From Deltaproteobacteria bacterium (lineage in GTDB: Bacteria; Desulfobacterota; Dissulfuribacteria; Dissulfuribacterales; QOAL01): a DNA stretch of 44,720 bases. The notes beneath the pieces were generated by a model, which saw only the letters and a list, made by a program, of their open reading frames with translations, did not search any database and was not told where the DNA came from. Location of the stretch: the NCBI GenBank assembly GCA_027003115.1, contig JALWYS010000148.1, forward strand, positions 1 to 44,720, in the 5' to 3' direction. Position numbers and translations under genes: made by a program. Positions 35,618-44,720 of this stretch are shown piece after piece (the first letter of the stretch is position 1; every line of letters begins with the position of its first letter).

Positions 35618-36378
35618 TAATTGTGGCCTGTTCAAAAAAAGAAAATAATTCAGGAACCCTTTATGCTGTGGGCGTAGGCCCAGGAGACCCAGAACTTTTG
35701 ACCATCAAGGGGAAGCGGGTTCTTGAGAGGGTCAAATACGTCTTTAGCGCCACATCCAAGAGGGAGAAAAAGAGCCTTGCCCTTGATATTGCACGGCCTT
35801 TTCTTAAAGAGGATGCCCAAATCGTACCCCTGGTATTTCCAATGGTCCGGGACAAGAAGGTCCTTGAGGAGGCCTGGAAGAATGCTGCCCAAAAGGTCCT
35901 TGAACTTCTTGGTACCGGAAGCGATGGAGCCTTCGTAACCCTTGGAGACCCTTGTACTTATTCTACCTTTACCTATCTCCAAAGAACTGTCACATCCCTT
36001 TTGCCTGAAACAAAGGTGGAGATCATACCGGGAATCACCTCCTTTCAGGCGGCTGCAGCACGGGTAAAAAGCCCCCTTGCAGAGGGGGAGGAGTCCCTGG
36101 CCGTGGTCTCAGGCGCAAAGGGTGGCAAGGAAATAAAAAGGCTGGCTCACCACGTGGACAACCTTGTCATCATGAAGGCCTACAGGCATTACAACGAGGT
36201 TGTTGATTGCCTTGACGAGCTTGGACTTTTAAAGGGTACTGTGGCAGTCAGACGTGTGGGACTGGACGGAGAGTCCGTTACGGAAAAACTTAGGGATTGG
36301 GACGGCCACAAACCCTCCTATTTCACGCTTTTAATCTCCAAGAAGAACAGGGAAGACAAGAAACTTCATAACAGCTAG
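35614..36378 (+). CDS. cobI: Precorrin-2/cobalt-factor II C20-methyltransferase (CobI/CbiL)
   Basis: GVGPGDPELLT.K, FPM, FVTLGDP..YSTF, IPGITS, YF motifs. Confidence 0.92.
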   Translation: MIIVACSKKENNSGTLYAVGVGPGDPELLTIKGKRVLERVKYVFSATSKREKKSLALDIARPFLKEDAQIVPLVFPMVRDKKVLEEAWKNAAQKVLELLGTGSDGAFVTLGDPCTYSTFTYLQRTVTSLLPETKVEIIPGITSFQAAAARVKSPLAEGEESLAVVSGAKGGKEIKRLAHHVDNLVIMKAYRHYNEVVDCLDELGLLKGTVAVRRVGLDGESVTEKLRDWDGHKPSYFTLLISKKNREDKKLHNS

Positions 36379-37145
36379 ACCGCCTCTTCATGAGGAGGGA
36401 GCAGGTTCCTTGTAAAACGGTAGGCGTTTGGCTCCCTCTCAAGGCAGTTGGTGTGTACCCTTCTCAAATATGTCCAGACCTGGCTCATTATCTCACCGCT
36501 TACCCGGAGCCTTAAGACCTTGGCCAGGGGCTGGGCCAGCCAGAAATCCATGGACTTGATGGCAGATATTCCAAGGCTCCTTCCAGGCTTTTCATTTCCA
36601 CAATCCTTACAAAACACCTGGCCTGTTGATGCCTCGTAGCCAAAGTGTTTCCCCGATAACTCCTTTTTACAACCATGACAGGCCTTCAGAGAAGGCATGA
36701 AACCACAGGCCTTTAAAAGCCTTGTTTCAAAGATTAGCGTGCATAGTAAAAAATCCCTTCCCACTTCAATACTTTCAAGGTACCAGGAAAGGAGCTGGTA
36801 GATTTCTTTTTCTGCCTGATGTTCCCTGCACCAAAGGTCAACGAGCTCAAGACACAGAGAGGCAAGGATAAATCGGCTGTAGTCCTTTCGCACCGACTCA
36901 AGGCCCCTTTTAAGCCAGCCATTTTCCAGGAAAAAAAGGCCCGTTTTGGTCGGCGTTCGGACAACGGCATCAATATTTGCAAAGGGATCAAGCACGTTCA
37001 TGAACCTTTTCTTGCTCTTTCTGGCCCCCTTGGCAATGCACCTTATCTTCCCAAGCTCAAGGGTCAAAAGGGTTACAAGAAGGTCACTTTCGCCTGTTGG
37101 GTTGGTTTCGATCACAAAGGAATGAAGAAGCTGCTTTTCAGACAT
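36375..37145 (-). CDS. recO: DNA repair protein RecO
   Basis: GESD..VTLLT...GK...AKGARKSKKRF, Zn-finger C..C...C..C. Confidence 0.93.
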   Translation of the reverse strand: MSEKQLLHSFVIETNPTGESDLLVTLLTLELGKIRCIAKGARKSKKRFMNVLDPFANIDAVVRTPTKTGLFFLENGWLKRGLESVRKDYSRFILASLCLELVDLWCREHQAEKEIYQLLSWYLESIEVGRDFLLCTLIFETRLLKACGFMPSLKACHGCKKELSGKHFGYEASTGQVFCKDCGNEKPGRSLGISAIKSMDFWLAQPLAKVLRLRVSGEIMSQVWTYLRRVHTNCLEREPNAYRFTRNLLPPHEEAV

Positions 37146-37173
37146 GAAGGATCAAAGATAAAAAGCATAGGCG

Positions 37174-37767
37174 CTAGTTTTTCTGTTTTCCCCTTGTGAA
37201 AGAAGGGCTTTTGATGGGTGGTTCATTGGTGGTATTGGTCTCCTCTTCCAGCAGGATTTTTGGAGCCTCCCCTCCTGATTTGATTTCCATGGATCCGTTT
37301 GCGCCGCTTTGAATCCCTTCAGTAGTTCCAAAGGTTGTGTTTGACCCCATGGTTAAAATGGAGGTCTTTTTGTGTCCAGAAAAGAAAAAGTAATAGACTC
37401 CCGCAGCCACAAGGAGGATAAGGATAACACCTATTATCCAACCAATGATACGTCTCGGGTCCCGGGCCCTTATATCAATGGTGGTGGAGCTTGTCATTTC
37501 CGGCTGTCTTGCAACTGAGGCAGACTGGCCTTTAAGGTCTTCTTCCAGCCTCAATATGGCCTCTTCTGGGTCAATACCTATGTATTCTGCATAGTTTCTT
37601 ATGAATCCCCTTACAAAAACCTCTGCTGGAAGATCATCAAATCTGTTCTCTTCAATGAGTCGTAGGCGGCTGATGGATATCTTTGTTCCTTCTGCCACCT
37701 CCTGTATGGAGATCTGCCTTAATTCCCGTTCCTTTTTCAGGTATTCGCCTACCGTTTCCTTTGACAT
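37174..37767 (-). CDS. RodZ-like membrane-anchored HTH protein
   Basis: G.YLK..RE...IS..EVA..TKI, FVRGFIRNYA..G, single TM. Confidence 0.85.
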   Translation of the reverse strand: MSKETVGEYLKKERELRQISIQEVAEGTKISISRLRLIEENRFDDLPAEVFVRGFIRNYAEYIGIDPEEAILRLEEDLKGQSASVARQPEMTSSTTIDIRARDPRRIIGWIIGVILILLVAAGVYYFFFSGHKKTSILTMGSNTTFGTTEGIQSGANGSMEIKSGGEAPKILLEEETNTTNEPPIKSPSFTRGKQKN

Positions 37768-37798
37768 GGAATCTCCCTGACCCTTTTTATTGAACCAG

Positions 37799-38785
37799 CT
37801 ACAATAGTATCCTGATGGTTGACTTGGAACGCAGTTCGTTAAGCCAATCCTGGAAGCGTTCGTTTATCTCCTGATCGTAAAGCCTTCTTCTGACCTCCTC
37901 CATGGTGGCAGGATCGACATCTTCATCCTTTGAGTTGGATATACCAGCAAGCCGCAAGATTTCAAAACCAAGGGGGGTCTTTAGTACGCCAGAATGTTCT
38001 CCAGGGGATAATTTTTTTACCGTCTCTTTAATATAGGGGGCCATCTCATCGAGACTGAAGACTCCGAGCCTAACCTCCCTTGCAACAGGCACATTGCTTG
38101 AATAACGTCTTGCCGCCTCCTCAAAGGGCATCCCCTCTTCAAGGGCCTTTAGCGCGTCCCTGGCCCTCTTTTTGGCAGCCTCCATATCTGAAGGAGAATC
38201 TCCCTTAGGCACCACGCATATGTGTTCAAGGATGTAAAAGGGGCCCTGATATCCAGTGGATCCCTTTTGCTTTCTAAGATAGTCCCTGACCATCTCATCA
38301 GTGATGACTATCTTGGACTTGACCTCGGCATTTACGAGCTGGAGCCTTTCTATCTGGGTGGCTATCTGTTTTTTATACTCTTTTAACGATACCCCATCTT
38401 TTTTGAGCTTTTCCTCAAATTCCTGCCTGGTAAGGCCGTTATTCCTGCAGATATTGTCTATGGCATCCTCAACTTCCTGATCAGTCACCTTGATGCCAAG
38501 CCTGCGGATCTCTTCTTCAACCAAGTAATCGTCTATCATCTGAGGAAGGATCTGGGCAAATATCTTTCGCTTGACCTCTGCCCTTTGTTCCTTGGACATA
38601 TCCGGGGTCAAATACTTTGAAAGGATTGGCGCTGCCCTTTTCTCAAGCTCCGAAAGGGTAATCACCTTGCCATTTACGACAGCTACAATCCGGTCCACTA
38701 TTACAGCCCTTGCTGTAACAGCGGTTGTCATGGTCCCCAAGAGAATGGATAAAAAAAGTGCCCAGGATATGTATTTATTTTTCAT
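37799..38785 (-). CDS. SurA-like periplasmic chaperone/parvulin PPIase
   Basis: Signal peptide, VDRIVAVVN..IT.SE, FEEAARRYS, rotamase domain. Confidence 0.88.
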   Translation of the reverse strand: MKNKYISWALFLSILLGTMTTAVTARAVIVDRIVAVVNGKVITLSELEKRAAPILSKYLTPDMSKEQRAEVKRKIFAQILPQMIDDYLVEEEIRRLGIKVTDQEVEDAIDNICRNNGLTRQEFEEKLKKDGVSLKEYKKQIATQIERLQLVNAEVKSKIVITDEMVRDYLRKQKGSTGYQGPFYILEHICVVPKGDSPSDMEAAKKRARDALKALEEGMPFEEAARRYSSNVPVAREVRLGVFSLDEMAPYIKETVKKLSPGEHSGVLKTPLGFEILRLAGISNSKDEDVDPATMEEVRRRLYDQEINERFQDWLNELRSKSTIRILL

Positions 38786-38852
38786 TGTTTTCCTTTTTTG
38801 GCCTCAAGAATTATCTTTCTTGAAAATTTAAGATAAGGAAGAAACCTAGACC

Positions 38853-41800
38853 TTAATTAGTAAGTTTAATCAATTCTTTCAATACCCCAATAGTCTCCTG
38901 GATAAGACCCTTTGATTCTACATCCTTTTGGTTCATTTTGAAAAGCACCCTTTCACCAGGAAGCAGTTTAAGGCGCCCATCCCTCTGAATAAGACGTATC
39001 AACCCCTCGCTGTTTGGAGGACCCTGCGGGCCAAAGGAAAGGGTGAGCCTGGGAGCCCCTTTTCCCGCCCCATCTAGCCTTATGCAGTTAAGCCTCCTAA
39101 GGAGGGCCTTTATCACCATGATATCAAGAAGATTCTTGACCTCCCTAGGCACAGTGCCGAACCTGTCCTCAAGCTCCATCATGGTCTCGTCTCTTTCATC
39201 CTCTGTTTCAATATGGGAAAACCACCTGTACATCTCAAGACGCTGGCTGATATCCGGTACGTACTCCTCGGGGATAAAGGCTGAAAGCCCAAGATTTACC
39301 TCCGGCTCAATCCTTTCCTCCGACTTGTTTCCCTTTATGTCTTCAATGGCCTCCTTTAGCAGGTCAAGGTAGAGATCGTAGCCCACCTCTGATATCTGGC
39401 CTGCCTGGGCCACCCCAAGAAGGTTGCCGGCGCCCCTTATCTTGAGATCGTGCATAGCAAGGTTCATTCCTGCACCAAGGTCACTGGTCTCTATTATAGC
39501 CTTAAGGCGCAGGGCAGCGTCCCTGGTAATGGACTGAAGGGCTGGCACAAGCATGTAGGCATAGGCCTGACGGCTGCTTCGCCCCACCCTGCCACGTAAC
39601 TGGTAAAGATATGCAATTCCGAGCATGTCCGCCCGATTTATTATGAGGGTATTTGCAGATGGAATATCAAGGCCCGACTCTATTATTGTAGTGCAGACCA
39701 GACAGTCTATGTCTCCCCTGACAAACCGTACCATCTTTTCCTCAAGCTCGGCAGGCTCCATCTGACCGTGGGCAACATCTATCCTTGCCTCTGGCACGAG
39801 ACCTTCCAGGTGTTCTGCAACCCTGTATATACCCTTTACCCTGTTATGCACGAAAAAGACCTGGCCACCCCTTTTCACCTCTTTTTCTATTGCATCCTTA
39901 ACTATGGCGTCGTCATATTCAGCAAGAAAGGTCTTAATGGCCATGCGCCCCCGAGGTGGGATCTCTATGGTGGAAAGGTCCCTTATTCCCAAAAGAGAAA
40001 GCTGGAGTGTCCTTGGAATGGGTGTGGCTGTTAGACTCAGGCAGTTTATGTCCCTGGCTAGAAGCTTTAGCTTCTCCTTGTGCCTTACACCAAAACGGTG
40101 CTCCTCATCTATTATTATAAGGCCGAGCCTTTTGAAGATTACGTCACTCTGGAGCAGCCTGTGTGTTCCAATGAGGATATCCACCTTGCCCTCCTTCACC
40201 ATGGAAAGGATTTCTCGCTGCTCTGCCCGGGATTTCATGCGGCTTAACCCTGCTATTGTCACCGGAAAATTCCTGAACCTTTCCGAAAAGGTTCGCTGGT
40301 GCTGCTCGGCAAGAAGGGTTGTGGGCACAAGAACCGCCACCTGATAACCGTTTTCCACAGCAAGAAAGGCGGCCCTCATGGCTACTTCTGTCTTTCCAAA
40401 ACCCACATCCCCGCAAAGAAGCCTGTCCATGGGGTAGTCCGCCTTTAGGTCCTTAATTATTTCCCCTATGGCCTCCAGCTGGTCCCTTGTCTCCTCAAAG
40501 GGAAAGGCTGCCTCAAACTGCCTGTACATCTCGTCTGGGCCATGAAACGACAAACCTTTTTTAACCTTTCTGAGGGCGTAAAGCTCAACGAGTTCATGGG
40601 CTACCTCCTTTATGGCCTTTTTTACCTTGTTCTTTCTAAGGGCCCATGATTTTCCACCAAGGCGGTCAAGCCTGGGCTCTTTTCCTTCAAGGCCGACGTA
40701 CTTTTGAAGAAGGCCCAGTCTGTCTACAGGTACGTAGAGCTTGTCTCCACCATGGTATTCAAGGTGTACAAACTCGCCCTCCACCCCTGCCACATCCATT
40801 CTAACAAGGCCAATGTACCTTCCTATGCCCTTGTCCCTGTGGACAACAAGCTCTCCCGGGCTTATCTCATCAAGGCCAAAGGCCCTGGTCTTTCCCTTCC
40901 TCGCCCTCCGTCCTGCCTTTGGCTCAGACGGGACCTTAAAAAGGGTGTGATCCGGAATGAAGACCTCCCTTGCCTCCTCAAGCAAAAAGGCCTCTTCCAC
41001 GTAACCATTTGTCAGGAAAAGGCCTCCACCACCTTTTGCCTGAATCTCACTCAAGGGGCCCTTTACCTGGGTAAACTCCTGGCCATAGTGCTCAAAAAGG
41101 CCTGAAATCCTTTCAAAACCGGAATCGGAATCACTAAGCACGTAAACCCTTTTTCCCTCCTCAAGCCACCTTCCAAGTTTTTCAAAAAACGGGGCAAAAA
41201 GCTCCATCCTGGAGCCTGTCCTGGACGTCACAAGAGACGATTCAAGGCCCTTTGCAGAAACCTCTAGTCCCTCATCAAACTGCCCCAAAAATCTCGAAAC
41301 CGGACCTGATGTTTCTGAAAGTAGAGCAGGCGGATTTATAAGAATGCGGCTGTAACCTTCAAACCTTGAACAAAGTTCATACATGTCTAGCCTGAAGGAA
41401 TCAATGTCTGGCAGAAGCCTTCCCGGGCTCACCTGGGCAGTATAGGAATCCTCCATCCTTTTCAAATGCTCCAAAACTGCCGCGGCCAAGGCAAGGGGTG
41501 ATTCCATCACAATCACTGCATCCTTTTTGAGAAAATCAAAGATGGACCACAGCGAGCCATACAAAAAGGGCATGAAGGCAAGGCTTCCTTCTGTCTGACA
41601 CCTGTTTTCAAGGCTGTGAAGGACCTGGGCCACCTGCTCACCGCTCCATCCAGCCCTGGAGGCACGACCCACAATGTCTTTTCTTGCCCTTTCCACCAAC
41701 GCATCTGAAAGGATACTTTCAGCAGCTGGAAGAAGCACTACCTCCTGCCTCTTCTCAATGGTTCTCTGGCTTTTAGGGTCAAAAAGCCTGATCTCTTCAA

Positions 41801-42371
41801 CAAGATCGTCAAAGAAAAGAAGCCTTATGGGCGAGCTGAAACCGGGAGAAAATATGTCCATTATCTCGCCACGCACTGCAAAATGGCCAGGAAGTGACAC
41901 CTGCGGTATGCGCTCGTATCCGGTTTCAATGAGCCACTTTAGAAGCGCATCCCTGTCAACCTCCTCACCTTCCAGTATGAGCTCTTCGTGGTTGAGGATT
42001 TCGCTTCCAGGCACGTATTTTTCCACCAGGCTCGAAGCACTGCAGACAACAAAGCCGGAACATCCCTCCAGGAGACTGTGAAGGATGCCTATGCGCCTTG
42101 AAGCGGTCTCAAGGGATGGAACAAGAGGAAGAAAACCAAAATGTTCGTATGAAGGCAAAAGCCCAACTTTGTTTTTATAAAAAAAGGAAAGTTCGCGGGC
42201 CCTTTTTTCAGCAAGCTCCCTTTCGGAAACTATCCAGAGTACCTGCGTTGGGCCTTTTTCGAAAAATTCTGAAAGGATACGGGAGCATGCGGAAACGGAA
42301 CTACTTTTTATGGAAAGGCTGCACGAGTCAGCCCCCTGCTTTTCCAAAAAGGTACAGATATCAAAATCCAT
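38853..42371 (-). CDS. mfd: Transcription-repair coupling factor Mfd
   Basis: UvrB-like N-terminus, CarD-like RID, GDVGFGKTEVA, DEEHRFGV, TATPIPRT, QLRGRVGR, TRCF C-terminal domain. Confidence 0.97.
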   Translation of the reverse strand: MDFDICTFLEKQGADSCSLSIKSSSVSACSRILSEFFEKGPTQVLWIVSERELAEKRARELSFFYKNKVGLLPSYEHFGFLPLVPSLETASRRIGILHSLLEGCSGFVVCSASSLVEKYVPGSEILNHEELILEGEEVDRDALLKWLIETGYERIPQVSLPGHFAVRGEIMDIFSPGFSSPIRLLFFDDLVEEIRLFDPKSQRTIEKRQEVVLLPAAESILSDALVERARKDIVGRASRAGWSGEQVAQVLHSLENRCQTEGSLAFMPFLYGSLWSIFDFLKKDAVIVMESPLALAAAVLEHLKRMEDSYTAQVSPGRLLPDIDSFRLDMYELCSRFEGYSRILINPPALLSETSGPVSRFLGQFDEGLEVSAKGLESSLVTSRTGSRMELFAPFFEKLGRWLEEGKRVYVLSDSDSGFERISGLFEHYGQEFTQVKGPLSEIQAKGGGGLFLTNGYVEEAFLLEEAREVFIPDHTLFKVPSEPKAGRRARKGKTRAFGLDEISPGELVVHRDKGIGRYIGLVRMDVAGVEGEFVHLEYHGGDKLYVPVDRLGLLQKYVGLEGKEPRLDRLGGKSWALRKNKVKKAIKEVAHELVELYALRKVKKGLSFHGPDEMYRQFEAAFPFEETRDQLEAIGEIIKDLKADYPMDRLLCGDVGFGKTEVAMRAAFLAVENGYQVAVLVPTTLLAEQHQRTFSERFRNFPVTIAGLSRMKSRAEQREILSMVKEGKVDILIGTHRLLQSDVIFKRLGLIIIDEEHRFGVRHKEKLKLLARDINCLSLTATPIPRTLQLSLLGIRDLSTIEIPPRGRMAIKTFLAEYDDAIVKDAIEKEVKRGGQVFFVHNRVKGIYRVAEHLEGLVPEARIDVAHGQMEPAELEEKMVRFVRGDIDCLVCTTIIESGLDIPSANTLIINRADMLGIAYLYQLRGRVGRSSRQAYAYMLVPALQSITRDAALRLKAIIETSDLGAGMNLAMHDLKIRGAGNLLGVAQAGQISEVGYDLYLDLLKEAIEDIKGNKSEERIEPEVNLGLSAFIPEEYVPDISQRLEMYRWFSHIETEDERDETMMELEDRFGTVPREVKNLLDIMVIKALLRRLNCIRLDGAGKGAPRLTLSFGPQGPPNSEGLIRLIQRDGRLKLLPGERVLFKMNQKDVESKGLIQETIGVLKELIKLTN

Positions 42372-42397
42372 GATTTAGAAATTTAAAAGGGACGAGG

Positions 42398-43009
42398 TCA
42401 GGAAAGAAGGGCCTTGGAAATCTTTAGACTGGTCACTTTTAAAAGCTTTTGAACATCTTCTATCAACTCATCCGTTGGACCATTTTCTCCTAAAAAGGGC
42501 CCCATATGCTCTTCAACAATAGACTTGGCCACATCAAAGGTAGATATATTTTTTGACTTTTCAAGACCTTGCGGGCCAAAAGAAAAAGAATTTGCCTCAA
42601 GCTGGTCAAGTTCGCTTTGAAAAATGCAGCCAAAATACTCGAAGTCCTTTCCTAATGCGTCCTTTTGAAACATGGACTCAAAGAGATAGGCACAGATACC
42701 CTTTTTCAATTCATTAAGATCAGAAAGGGAGTCGGATACCCTTTCAAACAAGGGATCCTTTTGAATAAGTAGCAAGGAATAATAAAGTATTTCCTTTGAA
42801 ATGGCAAAGAAGGCGTCGGCAGACTCTTCCCCTTTCTCATTAGCTAAAGCAAATATGCCCCTGACCCCGTCAACTACGTGAGCGACAATGGCGCAGGCCT
42901 CTTGAGTCATGGCCGCAGACTTCCAGGGCTTTGTACCACTAGGGGATCCCTGGGCCTTCTTATCCTCGTTATTTGAAAGATTGCTTTTACCTGATGCTGT
43001 CATGGCCAA
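42398..43009 (-). CDS. Hypothetical protein
   Basis: 203-aa ORF filling the gap between mfd and rsmA on the same strand. No motif recognised and start uncertain. Confidence 0.6.
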   Translation of the reverse strand: MAMTASGKSNLSNNEDKKAQGSPSGTKPWKSAAMTQEACAIVAHVVDGVRGIFALANEKGEESADAFFAISKEILYYSLLLIQKDPLFERVSDSLSDLNELKKGICAYLFESMFQKDALGKDFEYFGCIFQSELDQLEANSFSFGPQGLEKSKNISTFDVAKSIVEEHMGPFLGENGPTDELIEDVQKLLKVTSLKISKALLS

Positions 43010-43146
43010 TTATTTACATTTTCATGAAAAGATTACGCTGAAAAGACTTTAAATGTCAAGAAATAGAAGGATTTTCTTTAAAAAAATTACCTTGTACTAC
43101 CAGTTTTACAATTCCAAGGGATGCCCTAGGCCCCATGACAAGATTT

Positions 43147-43971
43147 CTATGATGTCAACAGATCTGACAGGAAGACATAATTTTCAAGAGAAACATCCTC
43201 TGCCCTGCTGTCAGGCTCTATGCCCGCCTCAAGAAGGAGCCCTTCAAGCCCTTTTTTTGAAATATTCATTTGATGAGACAAGCTGTTCACTATTTTTTTT
43301 CTTCTCTGGGAAAAAGCCGCCTTGACAACGCTTACAAAGTTGGAAAAATCCTTGGCCTTCGGACCTACTTTTCTCCTCTTAAAGAGTACCAGGGAGGAAA
43401 CCACCTTGGGCCTTGGTCTGAAGAGATTTGGAGACAGATCCATCACAATCTCTACTTTGTAAAAATGTTGAGCAATTAGACTAAGTACCCCATAGCTCTT
43501 TGATGAACGCGTAGACACTACCCTTTGGGCAACCTCCTTTTGGAAAAGAAGCAGGGCAGAAGGGATGGAACTGTATTCATGGGCAAGCTTGAAAACGATC
43601 TGTGAGGAAATGTTATAGGGAAGGTTTCCTGCCAAAAAGGCCTTGTTTTCTCCATAAGGCCTTAAAATCGAATCAAAGGAGACCTCTAGCACATCTTCAT
43701 GCAGTAAATGGCAGTTTTCCGGAAGGCACCCGGTCTTAAGAAGCCAATCAACCAGCCTGTCATCCTTTTCAATGGTGACAACATCCTTAAATCGTTTGCA
43801 AAGAAGCATTGTCATGTTGGCTGTTCCCGTTCCGATTTCAATGACAAGCCCAGGGGACTTTTCCGGAATAAAGGAGACAATTCTTTCAAGTACGCCCCTG
43901 TCTGATAAAAAATTCTGCCCAAGGCTCCTTTTAGGTGTAGGTGGGTTTTCGTTGTGATAACGGTAGTTCAA
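43147..43971 (-). CDS. rsmA: 16S rRNA m6,2A dimethyltransferase RsmA/KsgA
   Basis: KRSLGQNFL, EIG.G, GNLPYNISS, FQKEVA.R, F.P.PKV.S, AFSQRRK motifs. Confidence 0.96.
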   Translation of the reverse strand: MNYRYHNENPPTPKRSLGQNFLSDRGVLERIVSFIPEKSPGLVIEIGTGTANMTMLLCKRFKDVVTIEKDDRLVDWLLKTGCLPENCHLLHEDVLEVSFDSILRPYGENKAFLAGNLPYNISSQIVFKLAHEYSSIPSALLLFQKEVAQRVVSTRSSKSYGVLSLIAQHFYKVEIVMDLSPNLFRPRPKVVSSLVLFKRRKVGPKAKDFSNFVSVVKAAFSQRRKKIVNSLSHQMNISKKGLEGLLLEAGIEPDSRAEDVSLENYVFLSDLLTS

Positions 43972-44498
43972 TTCTGTTTTTTCGATATCCTTTTAAGGAA
44001 TTTTTCCTGTTTCTTTCTCTGCCTGTAAAAATAAAAATATACTGCTCCAAAATAAGATAAGAATCCAAAGGGCAATGCCAATACCACGCCACCTGCAACC
44101 AGGCAGCAGACCACGTGCATGAACTTTGCACAAAGCATCTGTGCCGCCTCCAAAAAACCTGCCTGATGGATATCATGAAGCATCGCCTGGACCTGCTGCC
44201 ACGTCACAGGCCTTCCTGTTATCAGAACCCCCAGCTTCCAGGAGACGTAATATTCAATTGGTATGGTAAGGGGGTTACTTACGATCCAGTTTGCAACTAT
44301 TGCCGCAATGATATTTGCCCTAAAAATGGCGCAGAAGAAGAGGCTAAGCACTGTATGAAAGGGAATGGTTGGAGTTAGGCCAACAAAAGTGCCAACGGCA
44401 ATGCCACGTGCAATAAAAAATGGATTGCCCCTTAGCCTTATGAGTCTTAGCCAGTAGTATCTGATCTGCCGCCGAGGCGACATCGCCTTTTTAAACAT
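43968..44498 (-). CDS. DUF2062 family membrane protein
   Basis: P..IARG.A.G.F.G..P, SNPLT.P motifs. GGAG-like RBS region. Confidence 0.85.
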   Translation of the reverse strand: MFKKAMSPRRQIRYYWLRLIRLRGNPFFIARGIAVGTFVGLTPTIPFHTVLSLFFCAIFRANIIAAIVANWIVSNPLTIPIEYYVSWKLGVLITGRPVTWQQVQAMLHDIHQAGFLEAAQMLCAKFMHVVCCLVAGGVVLALPFGFLSYFGAVYFYFYRQRKKQEKFLKRISKKQN

Positions 44499-44720
44499 GG
44501 AGTCACTTTTACCACAACCAAGGACGGCAGGCTATCACACGTCTGTTTTTTATATGTCCTGGAGCCACAGGACATACCGTTTTCACGGTCGGCCTTTTCC
44601 TCTGTTGTCAACAAATAGAGTTGTCCGGTTTTATAGCAAATAAACTGTCCGGTTTGACATATGCTAATTTTTTTAGGGAACCGCCCCGCCGGAGGCATCT
44701 TGCTGACATGAAAATGGCAG

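Noticed and set aside
44447-44698. 83-aa minus-strand ORF with a TGQ repeat
   Set aside because: It overlaps the DUF2062 start out of frame, and the repeat only reflects the 10-bp DNA direct repeat.
1-44720. CRISPR arrays, tRNA/rRNA genes, prophage or integrase genes, recognisable defence systems
   Set aside because: No regularly spaced repeats, cloverleaf signatures or such protein motifs were seen by eye. Intergenic gaps are short and mostly explained.

Overview
Bacterial chromosomal window. Gene content and synteny suggest a Desulfobacterota/deltaproteobacterial genome (inference). From left to right: (1) the 3' end of rlmE, hemW, a lipoprotein, a YkgJ-type Cys-cluster protein and a stand-alone Lrp/AsnC ligand-binding domain on the + strand. 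(2) A minus-strand flagellar operon (fliL-fliM-fliN-fliO-fliP-fliQ-fliR-flhB-flhA-flhF-flhG-fliA-cheY, then a second FliL-like gene, a small ORF and a SwrB-like gene). It is preceded by a perfect sigma-54 promoter, an IHF consensus site and FleQ-box-like palindromes. (3) A partial L-Ara4N-type cluster (ArnT-like gene, split ArnA) headed by a PAP2 phosphatase that is interrupted by a 1261-bp IS5-family element with a 5-bp target duplication. (4) An uncharacterised ClpA/B-D2-like AAA+ ATPase and a secreted low-complexity repeat protein. (5) A signalling cluster: FleQ-like sigma-54 response regulator, HExxH peptidase, GDSL esterase, a catalytically dead histidine-kinase-like protein, a REC-GAF-HD-GYP protein and a REC-SHOCT protein. 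(6) A DUF6178-like gene, then a cobalamin riboswitch with attenuator controlling btuF-like and cobI/cbiL genes. (7) Housekeeping genes recO, rodZ-like, surA-like, mfd, rsmA and DUF2062. No rRNA, tRNA or CRISPR array was seen. The best candidate for a novel system is a putative pseudokinase (ChpT-like) phosphorelay linked to c-di-GMP turnover and a FleQ-like flagellar master regulator. All family assignments come from motif recognition by eye, not database searches.
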